Positions 1 through 10,400 of a DNA stretch of 43,230 bases are shown piece by piece. Position 1 is the stretch's first letter. The number at the start of each line of letters is the position of its first letter. A program made the translations under genes and the position numbers. The notes below the pieces were generated by a model. It was not told the DNA's origin and did not search any database. It was given only the letters and a program-made list of their open reading frames with translations. This stretch comes from an uncultured Clostridia bacterium (GTDB taxonomy: Bacteria; Bacillota; Clostridia; TANB77; CAG-508). The stretch spans positions 1-43,230 of the forward strand of contig CANQRS010000002.1 in the NCBI GenBank assembly GCA_947626295.1, written 5' to 3'.

Positions 1-621
1 CAAGTAATACAAAGTGTATTATTTTATTTTGGATATTTGACAATAAAAGAAAATGACCAATTAGATGTAAATTATGGAATATCAAATTATGCAATGGGAG
101 AAATCTACAATGATTATTTTATAAATTTATTACAAAGAGAAGGAGTACAAATAAATATACAAAAAGTAAGAGAAGCAGCATTACAAATAGGAAGAGAAGG
201 AAAAATAGATGATATATGTAAACTAGTAGAAGATTACTTAAAAGATTTAGGAAATATAAGTTGGCAAAGATATGATGAAAAATATATCCAAAGTTATATG
301 CACGCATTATTAAGATTAAATGAAAGATTTAATGTATATTTAGAGTACAATGTGAAAGAAAATCAATATATAGATGTAGCAGTATTTAAAAGAGAATATT
401 CAAATGTAAAATATCAAGCGATAATAGAATTAAAGTACATTAAAAAAGAAGAAGCCAAGACAAGAAGTCAAAAGCAAAAAGCAATAGCAGAAAAACGTCA
501 AATGGCAATAGAGCAAATACAGGCATATTCAAGTGATGAAAGATTGCCACAAGAGAATATGAAGAAATTTGTAGTAATTTATGTGGGACAAAAATTAGAA
601 TTGCTAGAAGAAATTGTATAG
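1..621 (+). CDS. C-terminal part of an AAA-ATPase-like / PD-(D/E)XK nuclease (PDDEXK_9, DUF1703-type) protein; the 5' end lies outside the window
   Basis: Frame 1 is open from nt 1, with no stop before the first Met at 37. Stop TAG at 619-621. The 'FYFGYLTI' linker and 'YIDVAVFK...AIIELKYIKK' (D...E-L-K core) are typical of this family. Confidence 0.55.
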   Translation, partial: QVIQSVLFYFGYLTIKENDQLDVNYGISNYAMGEIYNDYFINLLQREGVQINIQKVREAALQIGREGKIDDICKLVEDYLKDLGNISWQRYDEKYIQSYMHALLRLNERFNVYLEYNVKENQYIDVAVFKREYSNVKYQAIIELKYIKKEEAKTRSQKQKAIAEKRQMAIEQIQAYSSDERLPQENMKKFVVIYVGQKLELLEEIV

Positions 622-637
622 AAGGCAGGAAAAATAA

Positions 638-1021
638 AAAGAATTAGATGAGTTAGGAATATGGCTAAAATTCATCGAAAATCCTAAAAACGAGGAGGTA
701 AGGGAAAAAATGCAAATGGAAGAAAATATATTTCTAAAGCAAGCGATGGAAGAATTAGAATATTTAAGTGGAGACGAAGATTTTAGAAGATTAGTAGAAT
801 CGCGAGAAGCATTTTTGAGAGACCAATATTCGTGTGAACAAAGTGCAAGGAGAGAAGGCTTGGCAGAAGGAGAGGAGATTGGATTGGCAAAAGGAGAGAA
901 ACAAAAGGCTATAGAAATAGCGAGAAAGTTATTGAAAATGAAAATACCAGTAGAACAAATTATACAAGCAACAGGACTAGAAGAAAGTGAGATAAAGAAA
1001 CTAGAGGAGGAAAATAATTAA
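638..1021 (+). pseudogene. Remnant (C-terminal portion only) of an Rpn/YhgA-like PD-(D/E)XK 'putative transposase' gene
   Basis: The frame is open only from 638 (TAA at 635-637). 'ELDELGIWLKFIENP' and 'EGLAEGEEIGLAKGEKQKAIEIARKLLKMKIPVEQIIQATGLEESEIKKL' resemble the C-terminal tail of Rpn-family proteins. No N-terminal nuclease domain is present. The internal ATG at 710 follows GAGGAGG, so a 103-aa product is possible. Confidence 0.5.
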
Positions 1022-1044
1022 ATATAAAGTAATTTATAATAATA

Positions 1045-1094
1045 AAATGCACCTCAAATGTTAGATAAGTCTAATATTTGAGGTGCATTTTTTG
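1045..1094 (+). terminator. Rho-independent terminator
   Basis: 15-nt arms aaatgcacctcaaat (1045-1059) and atttgaggtgcattt (1076-1090), followed by a T-run. Confidence 0.8.
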
Positions 1095-1324
1095 AGCAAA
1101 TATTCAATAAATTCAGTTTAGAACTAATAAAAGGATTATTTGAGTTTATTTATATTTAATTTGTTCCGTTTAACGAGTGAATATGAACATTTGTAAAAAA
1201 ATGGATAGATACTATTTTTTACTCTTTATAAAAAATAAAAAATTTTTTTCATAAAAATTTGGACATAGTCATACAATATAGTAAAGAGAGGCAAAAGAAG
1301 GAAAAATGTAAAAAATTTCCAAAT

Positions 1325-1353
1325 TTGACAAACAAAAGAAAATAATATATAAT
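1325..1353 (+). promoter_or_regulatory. Sigma-A type promoter for the 3D-domain gene
   Basis: TTGACA (1325-1330), 17-nt spacer, TATAAT (1348-1353). Confidence 0.6.
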
Positions 1354-1391
1354 TGAGTTGTCATTAGGGAAAAGGAGGTTTGAGAGGTACT

Positions 1392-2327
1392 ATGAAAAGA
1401 AAAAATAATAAAAAAAGATTTATAAAACTAAAGATAATAATTACAATGATAATACTATTCTTACTTTCCGGTATAGGCGTAATGGCAGTAACGACAAAAG
1501 TAAATAGCATAAATATAACATTAGCAGATGGATACGAAATGACAGTATTAACAAGTAAAACAAAGGTATCAGAAATATTAAAAGAAAATAATATACTAGT
1601 AAAGAAGGACGAAAGAGTTACACCAAATGAGGACAAAGATGTTACAGATGGTGATACAATAAAAATTACAAATAAATCAAAACAAGAAATAGAGGTTGCA
1701 AAGGTATCGGAGAGTGGTATAGAAACAACATTAGATGAGTTATTACAAGCTTACGATACAATAGTAGAAAAAATAGAAGTAGAAGAAGAAGAAATACCAT
1801 TTGAAACAGTAAAGAAAGATATTACAACAGGTTCTGGAGAAACAAAAAATAAAGTAATACAAGAAGGAGAAAATGGGTTAAAGAAAATTACATACAAGGT
1901 AAAATATCAAAACAATACAGAAATAGAAAGAAATAAATTATCAGAAGAAGTAATAAGAGAACCTGTAGATAAAATAGTTCAAGTAAGTTCAAAAGTAGTT
2001 GCAACAAGAGAGAGAACATCATCAAGAAAGTCATCAAATTCGTCAGTAGGAGTATTTAAAGTAACAGCATATTGTTCGTGCCCACTTTGTTGTGGTAAAT
2101 ATGCATCAGGATATACATCATCAGGAAGCAGAGCAACAGCTGGTAGAACAGTAGCAGCATCATCAAGATTTTCATTTGGAACGAAACTATTAATAAACGG
2201 AAAACAATATGTAGTTGAAGACAGAGGTAGTGCTATAGTTGGAAACCGTATAGATATATATATGGATTCTCATAGTCAAGCATTAGCTTGGGGAGTTAAA
2301 TACTTGCCAGTTCAAGTACAAAAATAA
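1392..2327 (+). CDS. Secreted cell-wall-binding protein with a DUF348/G5/3D-domain architecture (YabE/RpfB-like)
   Basis: N-terminal TM/signal segment. G5-like 'KVIQEGENGLKKITYKVKYQNNTEIE'. C-terminal 3D domain 'FKVTAYCSCPLCCGKYASGYTSSGSRATAGRTVAA...VVEDRGSAIVGNRIDIYM'. ATG 1392 is preferred over TTG 1380, because GGAGG at 1374-1378 is too close to 1380. Confidence 0.8.
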   Translation: MKRKNNKKRFIKLKIIITMIILFLLSGIGVMAVTTKVNSINITLADGYEMTVLTSKTKVSEILKENNILVKKDERVTPNEDKDVTDGDTIKITNKSKQEIEVAKVSESGIETTLDELLQAYDTIVEKIEVEEEEIPFETVKKDITTGSGETKNKVIQEGENGLKKITYKVKYQNNTEIERNKLSEEVIREPVDKIVQVSSKVVATRERTSSRKSSNSSVGVFKVTAYCSCPLCCGKYASGYTSSGSRATAGRTVAASSRFSFGTKLLINGKQYVVEDRGSAIVGNRIDIYMDSHSQALAWGVKYLPVQVQK

Positions 2328-2335
2328 AAGATAAA

Positions 2336-2377
2336 AGAGGGGAGAGGTGAGATTGTTGGCACCTCTTTCGTTTGTTT
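2336..2377 (+). terminator. Weak hairpin terminator after the 3D-domain gene
   Basis: agaggtg (2343-2349) pairs with cacctct (2360-2366), followed by the T-rich ttcgtttgttt. Confidence 0.45.
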
Positions 2378-2395
2378 AAAGGGGAGAGTAGTTAA

Positions 2396-3145
2396 ATGAA
2401 GTTAATATCGTGGAATGTAAATGGAATAAGAGCTTGTTTAAATAAAGGTTTTAGGGAATTTTTCTTAAAAGAAGATGCCGATATATTTTGCATTCAAGAG
2501 ACTAAGTGCCAAGAGGGACAAGCAGAATTAGAATTTGAAGGATATGAAAGTTATTGGAATAGTGCGGAGAAAAAAGGTTATTCTGGTACGGCAATATTTA
2601 CTAAAATGAAGCCTAAAAATGTGCAGTATGGAATAGGAATTGAAGAACACGATAAAGAAGGAAGAGTAATAACTTTAGAATTTGAAGAATTTTATATGGT
2701 AAATATTTATACTCCAAATTCCAAAAGGGAATTGGAAAGGCTAGAATATAGGCAAATTTGGGAAGATGAAATAAGAAAATACTTATTAAAATTAAACAAG
2801 ACAAAGCCAGTAATAATGTGTGGAGATTTGAATGTTGCACACAAAGAAATAGATTTGAAAAATCCAAAAAGTAATAGACAGCACGCAGGTTTTACAGATG
2901 AAGAAAGAACTAAGATGACAGAGTTACTAAATGCGGGATTTACAGATACATTTAGATATGTATATCCGGAAAAAACAGATGCATATACTTGGTGGTCGTA
3001 TATGGGACGAGCTAGAGAAAAAAATGTAGGGTGGAGAATAGATTATTTTATAGTGTCAAAAGACTTAAATGATAAGATTAAAGATGCGAAAATACATTCT
3101 GAAATAATGGGAAGTGACCATTGCCCAGTAGAATTAGAAATATAA
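2396..3145 (+). CDS. xth: Exodeoxyribonuclease III
   Basis: '[13 protein letters not shown]', 'FCIQETK', 'GDLNVAH', 'WRIDYF...GSDHCPV' are ExoIII/AP-endonuclease motifs. RBS GGGGAG lies upstream. Confidence 0.9.
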   Translation: MKLISWNVNGIRACLNKGFREFFLKEDADIFCIQETKCQEGQAELEFEGYESYWNSAEKKGYSGTAIFTKMKPKNVQYGIGIEEHDKEGRVITLEFEEFYMVNIYTPNSKRELERLEYRQIWEDEIRKYLLKLNKTKPVIMCGDLNVAHKEIDLKNPKSNRQHAGFTDEERTKMTELLNAGFTDTFRYVYPEKTDAYTWWSYMGRAREKNVGWRIDYFIVSKDLNDKIKDAKIHSEIMGSDHCPVELEI

Positions 3146-3171
3146 AAAGTAATATAGGAGGAATGAGTGAA

Positions 3172-4314
3172 ATGAAAAAATTTTTTACATCAGAAAGCGT
3201 TACAGAAGGGCATCCAGACAAATTGTGTGATTATATATCAGATAGTATATTGGATAGTTATTTAAGTGAAGATAAAAAAGCAAGAGTAGCTTGCGAGGCA
3301 GTTGCTGGAAAAGGCGAAATATTTATAACAGGAGAAATAACATCATCAGCTAATGTAGATATTGAGCAGGTTGTGAGAAATGCAATTAAGGAGATAGGGT
3401 ATTTTGGAAAAGATGTTGATATAGATTATAAAACTTGCAAGGTACATATAAATGTATCAAAACAGTCTTCTGATATTGCACAAGGTGTAGATAGCTCTTT
3501 AGAAGAAAAAGAAGGAGAAAATATAAATTCCGAAGGAGCTGGAGACCAAGGGATAATGTTTGGCTTTGCGTGTGATGAAACAAAAGAATTATTGCCATTG
3601 CCAATATCATTAGCACATAAATTGTCAAAAAAATTAGCAGATGTAAGAAAACAAAATATTATAGATTATTTGGGGGCAGATGGAAAGGTACAGGTAACTA
3701 TAGAATATGAAGATAATGAACCTGTAAGAGTGGACACAGTAGTAGTTTCTGTACAGCATAAGCCAGAAATAGAATTAGAGACAATAAAAAAAGATATAAA
3801 AGAAAAAGTTATAAATGAAATTGTGCCAAAAGAGTTGTTAGATGAAAAAACAAAATATTTTATAAATCCAACAGGAAGATTTGTAATTGGTGGACCACTT
3901 GGGGATAGTGGACTTACGGGAAGAAAAATAATCGTAGATACTTATGGTGGATATAGTCGCCACGGTGGAGGTGCTTTTTCTGGAAAGGATGCAACAAAAG
4001 TGGATAGGTCAGCTGCATATATGGCAAGGCATATTGCTAAAAATGTAGTTGCAAATGGATATGCAAAAAAATGTGAAATACAGTTTGCATATAGTATTGG
4101 TGTTGCAAGACCTGTTTCTGTGTATGTAGATACATTTGGAACTAATACTATACCAGAAAATGAGATTGTGGAAAAGATAAATAAAAAATTTGATTTAACT
4201 CCAAGAGGAATTATAAATTATTTGGATTTACAAAAACCAATTTTTAGAAAGACTACTAATTATGGTCATTTTGGTAAAGAAGAACTTGCTTGGGAAAAAA
4301 TAATTGAGCTTTAA
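3172..4314 (+). CDS. metK: S-adenosylmethionine synthetase
   Basis: '[13 protein letters not shown]', 'GAGDQG', 'GGGAFSGKD'. ATG 3172 is chosen because AGGAGG (3156-3161) sits about 10 nt upstream. The track start at 3121 overlaps xth. Confidence 0.95.
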   Translation: MKKFFTSESVTEGHPDKLCDYISDSILDSYLSEDKKARVACEAVAGKGEIFITGEITSSANVDIEQVVRNAIKEIGYFGKDVDIDYKTCKVHINVSKQSSDIAQGVDSSLEEKEGENINSEGAGDQGIMFGFACDETKELLPLPISLAHKLSKKLADVRKQNIIDYLGADGKVQVTIEYEDNEPVRVDTVVVSVQHKPEIELETIKKDIKEKVINEIVPKELLDEKTKYFINPTGRFVIGGPLGDSGLTGRKIIVDTYGGYSRHGGGAFSGKDATKVDRSAAYMARHIAKNVVANGYAKKCEIQFAYSIGVARPVSVYVDTFGTNTIPENEIVEKINKKFDLTPRGIINYLDLQKPIFRKTTNYGHFGKEELAWEKIIEL

Positions 4315-4315
4315 A

Positions 4316-4347
4316 AGAAAAATCCAGCGTAGACTGGATTTTTTTAT
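4316..4347 (+). terminator. Rho-independent terminator
   Basis: aatccag (4321-4327) pairs with ctggatt (4334-4340), followed by T7. Confidence 0.8.
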
Positions 4348-4476
4348 TAAAAAATGTGAAAAAAATATTGAAGAAATGGGAAAAATGTAGTAAAATAATA
4401 AGTGGGACGCAAAAAGATAAAATTTAATACAAAAAGTATTAATTAAGAAATAAAATAATATTGAGGAGAGAGAAAG

Positions 4477-7400
4477 ATGAAAAAGATAAAAAGTGTTATT
4501 TTTATTTTAATACTAACAGTATTAATGCTTTTTAGTGTATTTGCTAATGGAGTGTATGCAGCAGATACGAGAAATGTACAAATAACGAAATCAAGACACA
4601 TAAGGAGTTCAAGTGGAGTATATAATGATATACTTAGAGGGTATGGAATTCAAGAAAGAGATATATCAAGTGCAAGAACACATCCGATATATGAATTATT
4701 GTCTAAAGATAGTGGAGGACATATAATTAGTAATGATTTATATTGCGTAAATTCAAATTACGGTGTGACATTTAATCAACAAGATAGATATGGGACAGCT
4801 ATATATCATAGACAATATGATTTAGCAAATAAAACAGAATTAAAAAGCCAGTTAAGTAGTAGTGGATATACAGTCGTTGTTAGAGATGATGTATATGGAC
4901 CATTAATGTGGATATTAGACAATATATATGTAGTAAAAAGTGCAACTACAGATGAAGAAACAACAAATGCAATAAGAAGTGTATTAAGCAATGCTGGAAT
5001 AAAATATGGAAGAAATCCAGAATATCCATCTGTACAAAAAGATATGTATTATTATGAAGGAAAATATTTAACATCTTATGGTATAGATGGATATAGAGAT
5101 GATGAACAAAAAGATGTAGTATTAACAGCAGATATAATACAGGCAGTACAACAAGCTGCAATATGGTATTTTACAAATTATACAGCACAAGGAGAAAATA
5201 CATATAATAATTATAATACAAATACAAAGGAAAATCAATGGCTACAATATATTACGGCAAGTTCTGATATGGATAAAGAAAATCCAGATGATTATTTACC
5301 ACTTACAAAGGAAAATAAAAAGGGAGCAATGCTACAAGAACAAGCATCAATACTATATAATTATTTAGTAGATGGTGCAAAAGCAGCTGGAAAAGATTAT
5401 ACAAGTGCATCAAAAGCATCATTAAAATTAGAGGGAAATACAATAATTCAAGAAAGTGGAAGCAATTATGTAATAGGACCAATAAAAGCAACTGTTGAAG
5501 GAACAGCCTCAAATTTAACAGTAAAAGTAAAAACAGGTGCTAGTTATGAAACAGATATTTCAAGTAATATAACATTACAAAGTAGAGTAGATGGTGGAAC
5601 AATTAGCAGCATAAAAGAAAATAGTGACTTTTATGTTTCTGTTCCAAAAGCTAATGTAAACGGTAGTGTAAGAGTTTCAGTAACAGCTGATATAAGTACA
5701 ACTAAAAAAACATTATGGGCAGATAATTCACAGGCAGAACAACCAATAGTAGAAGTTGAAAAACAAACAGAACAAAAAGAAGCAAATGTGGAAGTAACAC
5801 CAAGAGTAAAAATGTTTGACTTAGCATTAAGAAAACAAATAATAAGTGTAAATGGAGAAAATAATAATTTATATAATGAAGAAGGACTTCCAGCACAAAG
5901 AAGTTTAGATGCAAATCCATCATCAATTTCAGATACGGGAACAGCAACATATAAACATAGAAAAGACCCAATAGTTGTAAAAGAAGGAGATATTGTAACA
6001 TATAGAATTAGCATATATAATGAAGGAGATATAAATGGATATGCTTCAAAAATTATAGACCAATTACCTACAGGATTAGTATTTGATGAAACAATGGGAG
6101 CTACTGTAGTATCATCTAAAGGAAATACTTATAAGATTACATATACTTCAAATAATAATCAAGTTTTATTAGAGGTACAAGGTAATCCTACAAGCATACC
6201 AGCTTATGTAGATACTTTGCAATGTGAAACAATAGATATAAAATGTAAAGTAAAACAAAAAGCAGAAACAGATGGAGAAACAAGCCATTATTTAACAAAT
6301 ATTGCATATATAGCAGAAGCGAAGGATAGTGAAGGAAATAAAATAGATAGAGATAGAAATAATACAGAATCTCAACCAACTAAAAGTCCAAATAAGACAA
6401 CAGATGAGTTAAATAATACAGATGCACCAGAATATAAAGGAGATAATAACAATCAATCTGTTTATGATGACTCAAATAATGAATATTATTACAAAGGTGA
6501 AGAAGATGACGATGATTTTGAGATTTTAACAGTATTACCAAAAGAATTTGACTTGAAGTTGATGAAATATATTTCAGAAGTAAATGGTGAAAAAACAGAT
6601 AGAACAATAACAGAAGATATAACAGATTTAGCTTCAGGAAAAAAGACGACAGCTAAGTACAATGTAAGCAAAGAACCAATTTTGGTAGAAACAGGAGATT
6701 ATGTAACATATACATTTAGAATTTACAACGAAGGAGAAATAAATGGATATGCGTCAAAAATAACAGAGGATATACCAGAAGGGTTACAATTTACAACAGT
6801 TGGAACAACACAAGCAGATAGAGAAGCGATTGAGTATAATAATCAAATGGGTTGGACACTTGATGAAGGAGGAAAAACAGTATCAACTAATTATTTATCA
6901 ACAGAAGATAAATTAATAAAAGCATTTAATGGCAAAAAACTTGACTCTAAAGAAGTATCAATAAAGTTTAAAGTAATAACAACTGATGTTAAGAAAATTG
7001 TTAGAAACGAAGCAGCAATAACAGAGGATTTAGATGAAGATAAAAAGCCAGTAAATGATAGAGATTCAAAGCCGGAAGATTGGAACAAAGATGACGAAGA
7101 AGATGACTTTTATGATGATAACCCAGATTATCCAAAATATAAAGAAGATGATGAGGATTATGATAATATAAAAGTAAGAACATTTGACTTAGCATTAAGA
7201 AAATATATATCAAAAGTAAGTAGTACTAAAGATTTTGATGAAGGAACAACATCAGAATATAATAGAGCTCCACAAGAAGATGTATCAAAATTAAATGAAG
7301 AAAAAGAAAATGGAGAAATAGAAACGACAGCTGAGTATAAACACTCTAAACAACCTTTGTTAGTAGATGTGGGAGATTATATATTATATACAATAAGAGT

Positions 7401-10400
7401 ATATAATGAAGGTGATATAGATGGATATGCTAAGGAAATTGTAGATATATTGCCAGAATATCTTGACTTTGTAGACTCTACAGATTCTTATATAAATAGC
7501 ATAAATTCAAAATGGACTTATAATCCAAAAACAAGAGAAGTAAGAACTACAGCTTTGGAAAATAGAAAGTTATTAGCATTTAATGGGGGAGAACTTGATA
7601 GTGCAGATGTACAAATAATATGTAAAGTAAACGAGAATGTGCTAGAAAATGCAAAATTGACAAATATTGCGGAAATAACAAAATATGCAGATGAAAAAGG
7701 ACCTAGAGAAAAAGACCGTGATTCTCAACAAGACAATTTTAATAAACCTGATGATGTACCTGGATATAAAGATGAGGAAATAAATAAACAAGAAAATGAT
7801 GAATATATTCCTGGTCAAGAAGATGATGATGACTTTGAAAAAGTAATTGTTAGAGCAAAAGCAAAGTATAATTTGCAATTAATAAAACAAGATAAAGATG
7901 GAGAAGAATTGGATTCAACAGCTAAATTTAAAGTTGCAACAGGAACACAAAATGTTGATGAGGCAGAAGAAGTTGAAGTTACAGGACATTTAATAATAGC
8001 ACAGGATGTTGAAATAAATAAAAATAATGTATCTGAAAAAGATATATATACAATAAAAGAAACTCAAGCTCCAGATGGATATTGTGAGTTTGGAGGAATA
8101 ATCAAAATTACTGTAAATAAAGGAATATCTGAAGATGGCAAAAAATATGAAGTAAAATCAGCAGATTATGAAGTTGTAGATGAACAAGGAAATACAATGG
8201 AAACAGAAGATGCTAAAGTATATGTAAATGATGAAGGAAATATTTTTGTTACAGTAAAAGATTATGAAGAGCCAGAAATCCACAAAGGTGTAAAAGATGT
8301 GGAAAATCAGGACTCAGGATATAATGGAGAAGAAGAACAAGAATGGGTAATAAATACAAGTATCCCATCAGATATAGAAAAATATAAAGAATATGAAGTT
8401 GTAGATGATATAGATTATAGATTAAACTTCCTAGGAGAAGAAAATGTAACTGTAAAAATAGGGGAAACAACATTAGAAGAAAAAACGGATTATATATTAT
8501 CTTATGAAGAAAACGCAAATGGTGTACAAGAAAAAACAAATTCTGGAACATTAAAAATAACATTTATAAATGATACTAAACAAATATCAGATAATTTAAA
8601 GCAAAATAAAGAAGGAATAATAGAAATAAGATTTAAAACAGAATTTGCAAAAGATGAAGATGGAAAACTACTTGCTCAAATGGGAGTAGATGTAGAAAAC
8701 CAAGCAATACTAGAATATACAAATGGGTCTAAAGTTCAAAAAGAAAAGAAATCAGAAACTCCAGAGGTTCATACAGGAGGAGTAACATTATTCAAATATT
8801 ATGATGAGAATGGAGACAAAGTTGCATTAGAAGGAGTAGAATTTGCAATATATGCAAATGAACAAGATGCTATAAATAAAGAAAATGAATTAGCAACAGC
8901 GACATCAGAAGCAGACGGAATAGTAAGATTTTTAAATTTACAATATGGAGAAGATGCAAATGATGATGATAACAATATAACTCAAGATGGAACTTATGAG
9001 TATGATTCTAGTGTAAAAGGAACTGCATATTGGATTTCAGAAATAGCGCCATTAGATGGATATGTAGGTATAGATACACCAATAGAAGTTACAATAAATA
9101 AAGACAGCTATATAGAAGATATAGAATTAATAGAAAATCAAATAGAAAACAAAAAAATAGAAGGTTCTTATAATGTTATATTAGTAAAACAAGACAAAGA
9201 TGGAGAACAATTAAATGAAAAAGCTAAATTTAAGGTAGCAAAAGGAACACAAACACTAGAAGAGGCAGAAGAAGTTGAAGTAACAGGAAGATTAACAATA
9301 GCTGAAGATGTTAAAATAAATGGAGATAATGTATCAGAAAGTGATACTTATATGGTACAAGAAACACAAGCTCCAGATAAGTATTGTGAATTTGATGGAA
9401 TAATTAATATAACAGTAAATAAAAGAATTTCAGAAGATGAAACTAAATATGAAGTTGATTCAGTAGACTATACAGTTTTAGATAGTGAAGGCAATGTAAT
9501 GGAAACACAAGACGCAACAGTTTACTTAAATGATGACGGAAATATTTATGTAGAAGTAAAAGATTACGAAGAGCCAGAAATCCACAAAGGCGTAAAAGAT
9601 GTGGAAAATCAAGATTCAGGATATAATGGAGAAGAAGAACAAGAATGGGTAGTAACAGTAAATATTCCTGGAGATATAGAAAAATATAAAGAATATAGTG
9701 TTGAAGATGATATAGATTATAGACTAAACTTCTTAGGAGAAGAAAATGTAGTTGTAAAAATAGGAGAAACAACATTAGAAGAAGGAACAGATTATATATT
9801 ATCTTATGAAGAAAATGAAAATGGAGTACAAGAAAAAACAAATTCAGGACACTTGAGCGTTATATTTATAAATGATACTAAACAAATATCAGATAATTTA
9901 AAGCAAAATAAAGAAGGAATAATAGAAATAAGATTTAAAACAGAATTTGCAAAAGATGAAGATGGAAAACTACTTGCTCAAATGGGAGTAGATGTAGAAA
10001 ACCAAGCAATACTAGAATATACAAATGGGTCAAATATAAAAGAAGAAAAGAAATCAGAAACTCCAGAAGTACATACAGGAGGAGTAACACTATTCAAGTA
10101 TTATGATGAAAATGGTAAAAAGGTTGCATTAGAAGGAGTAGAATTTGCAATATATGCAAATGAACAAGATGCGAAAAATAAGCAAAATGAATTGGCAACA
10201 GCATCATCAGAAAAAGACGGAATAGTAAGATTTACAAACTTGCAATATGGAGAAGATGCAAATGATGATGAAAACAATAAAACGCAAAATGGAACTTATG
10301 AATATAATTCTAGTGAAAAAGGAACAGAATATTGGATTGCAGAAACAAAGGCTTTGGAAGGATATACTGAAATAAAAGAGCCAATAAAAGTAGTATTAAA

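Noticed and set aside
1094-1379. Possible cyclic-di-AMP (ydaO-type) riboswitch or other structured leader upstream of the 3D/G5 cell-wall protein gene.
   Set aside because: The region is almost pure A/T, with no GC-rich paired elements or pseudo-two-fold symmetric conserved cores. Only a consensus promoter is visible. A covariance-model scan would be needed to exclude it formally.
3121-3171. Upstream extensions of track ORFs. These are metK from 3121, tsf from 21257, rho from 25211, spoVAC to 41505, ROK to 33770, zinc-ribbon from 15935, divIB from 33847 and the second DUF881 gene from 35630.
   Set aside because: The extensions overlap the preceding gene or lack an RBS. In each case an internal ATG with a well-spaced GGAGG-type RBS begins at the conserved N-terminus of the family.
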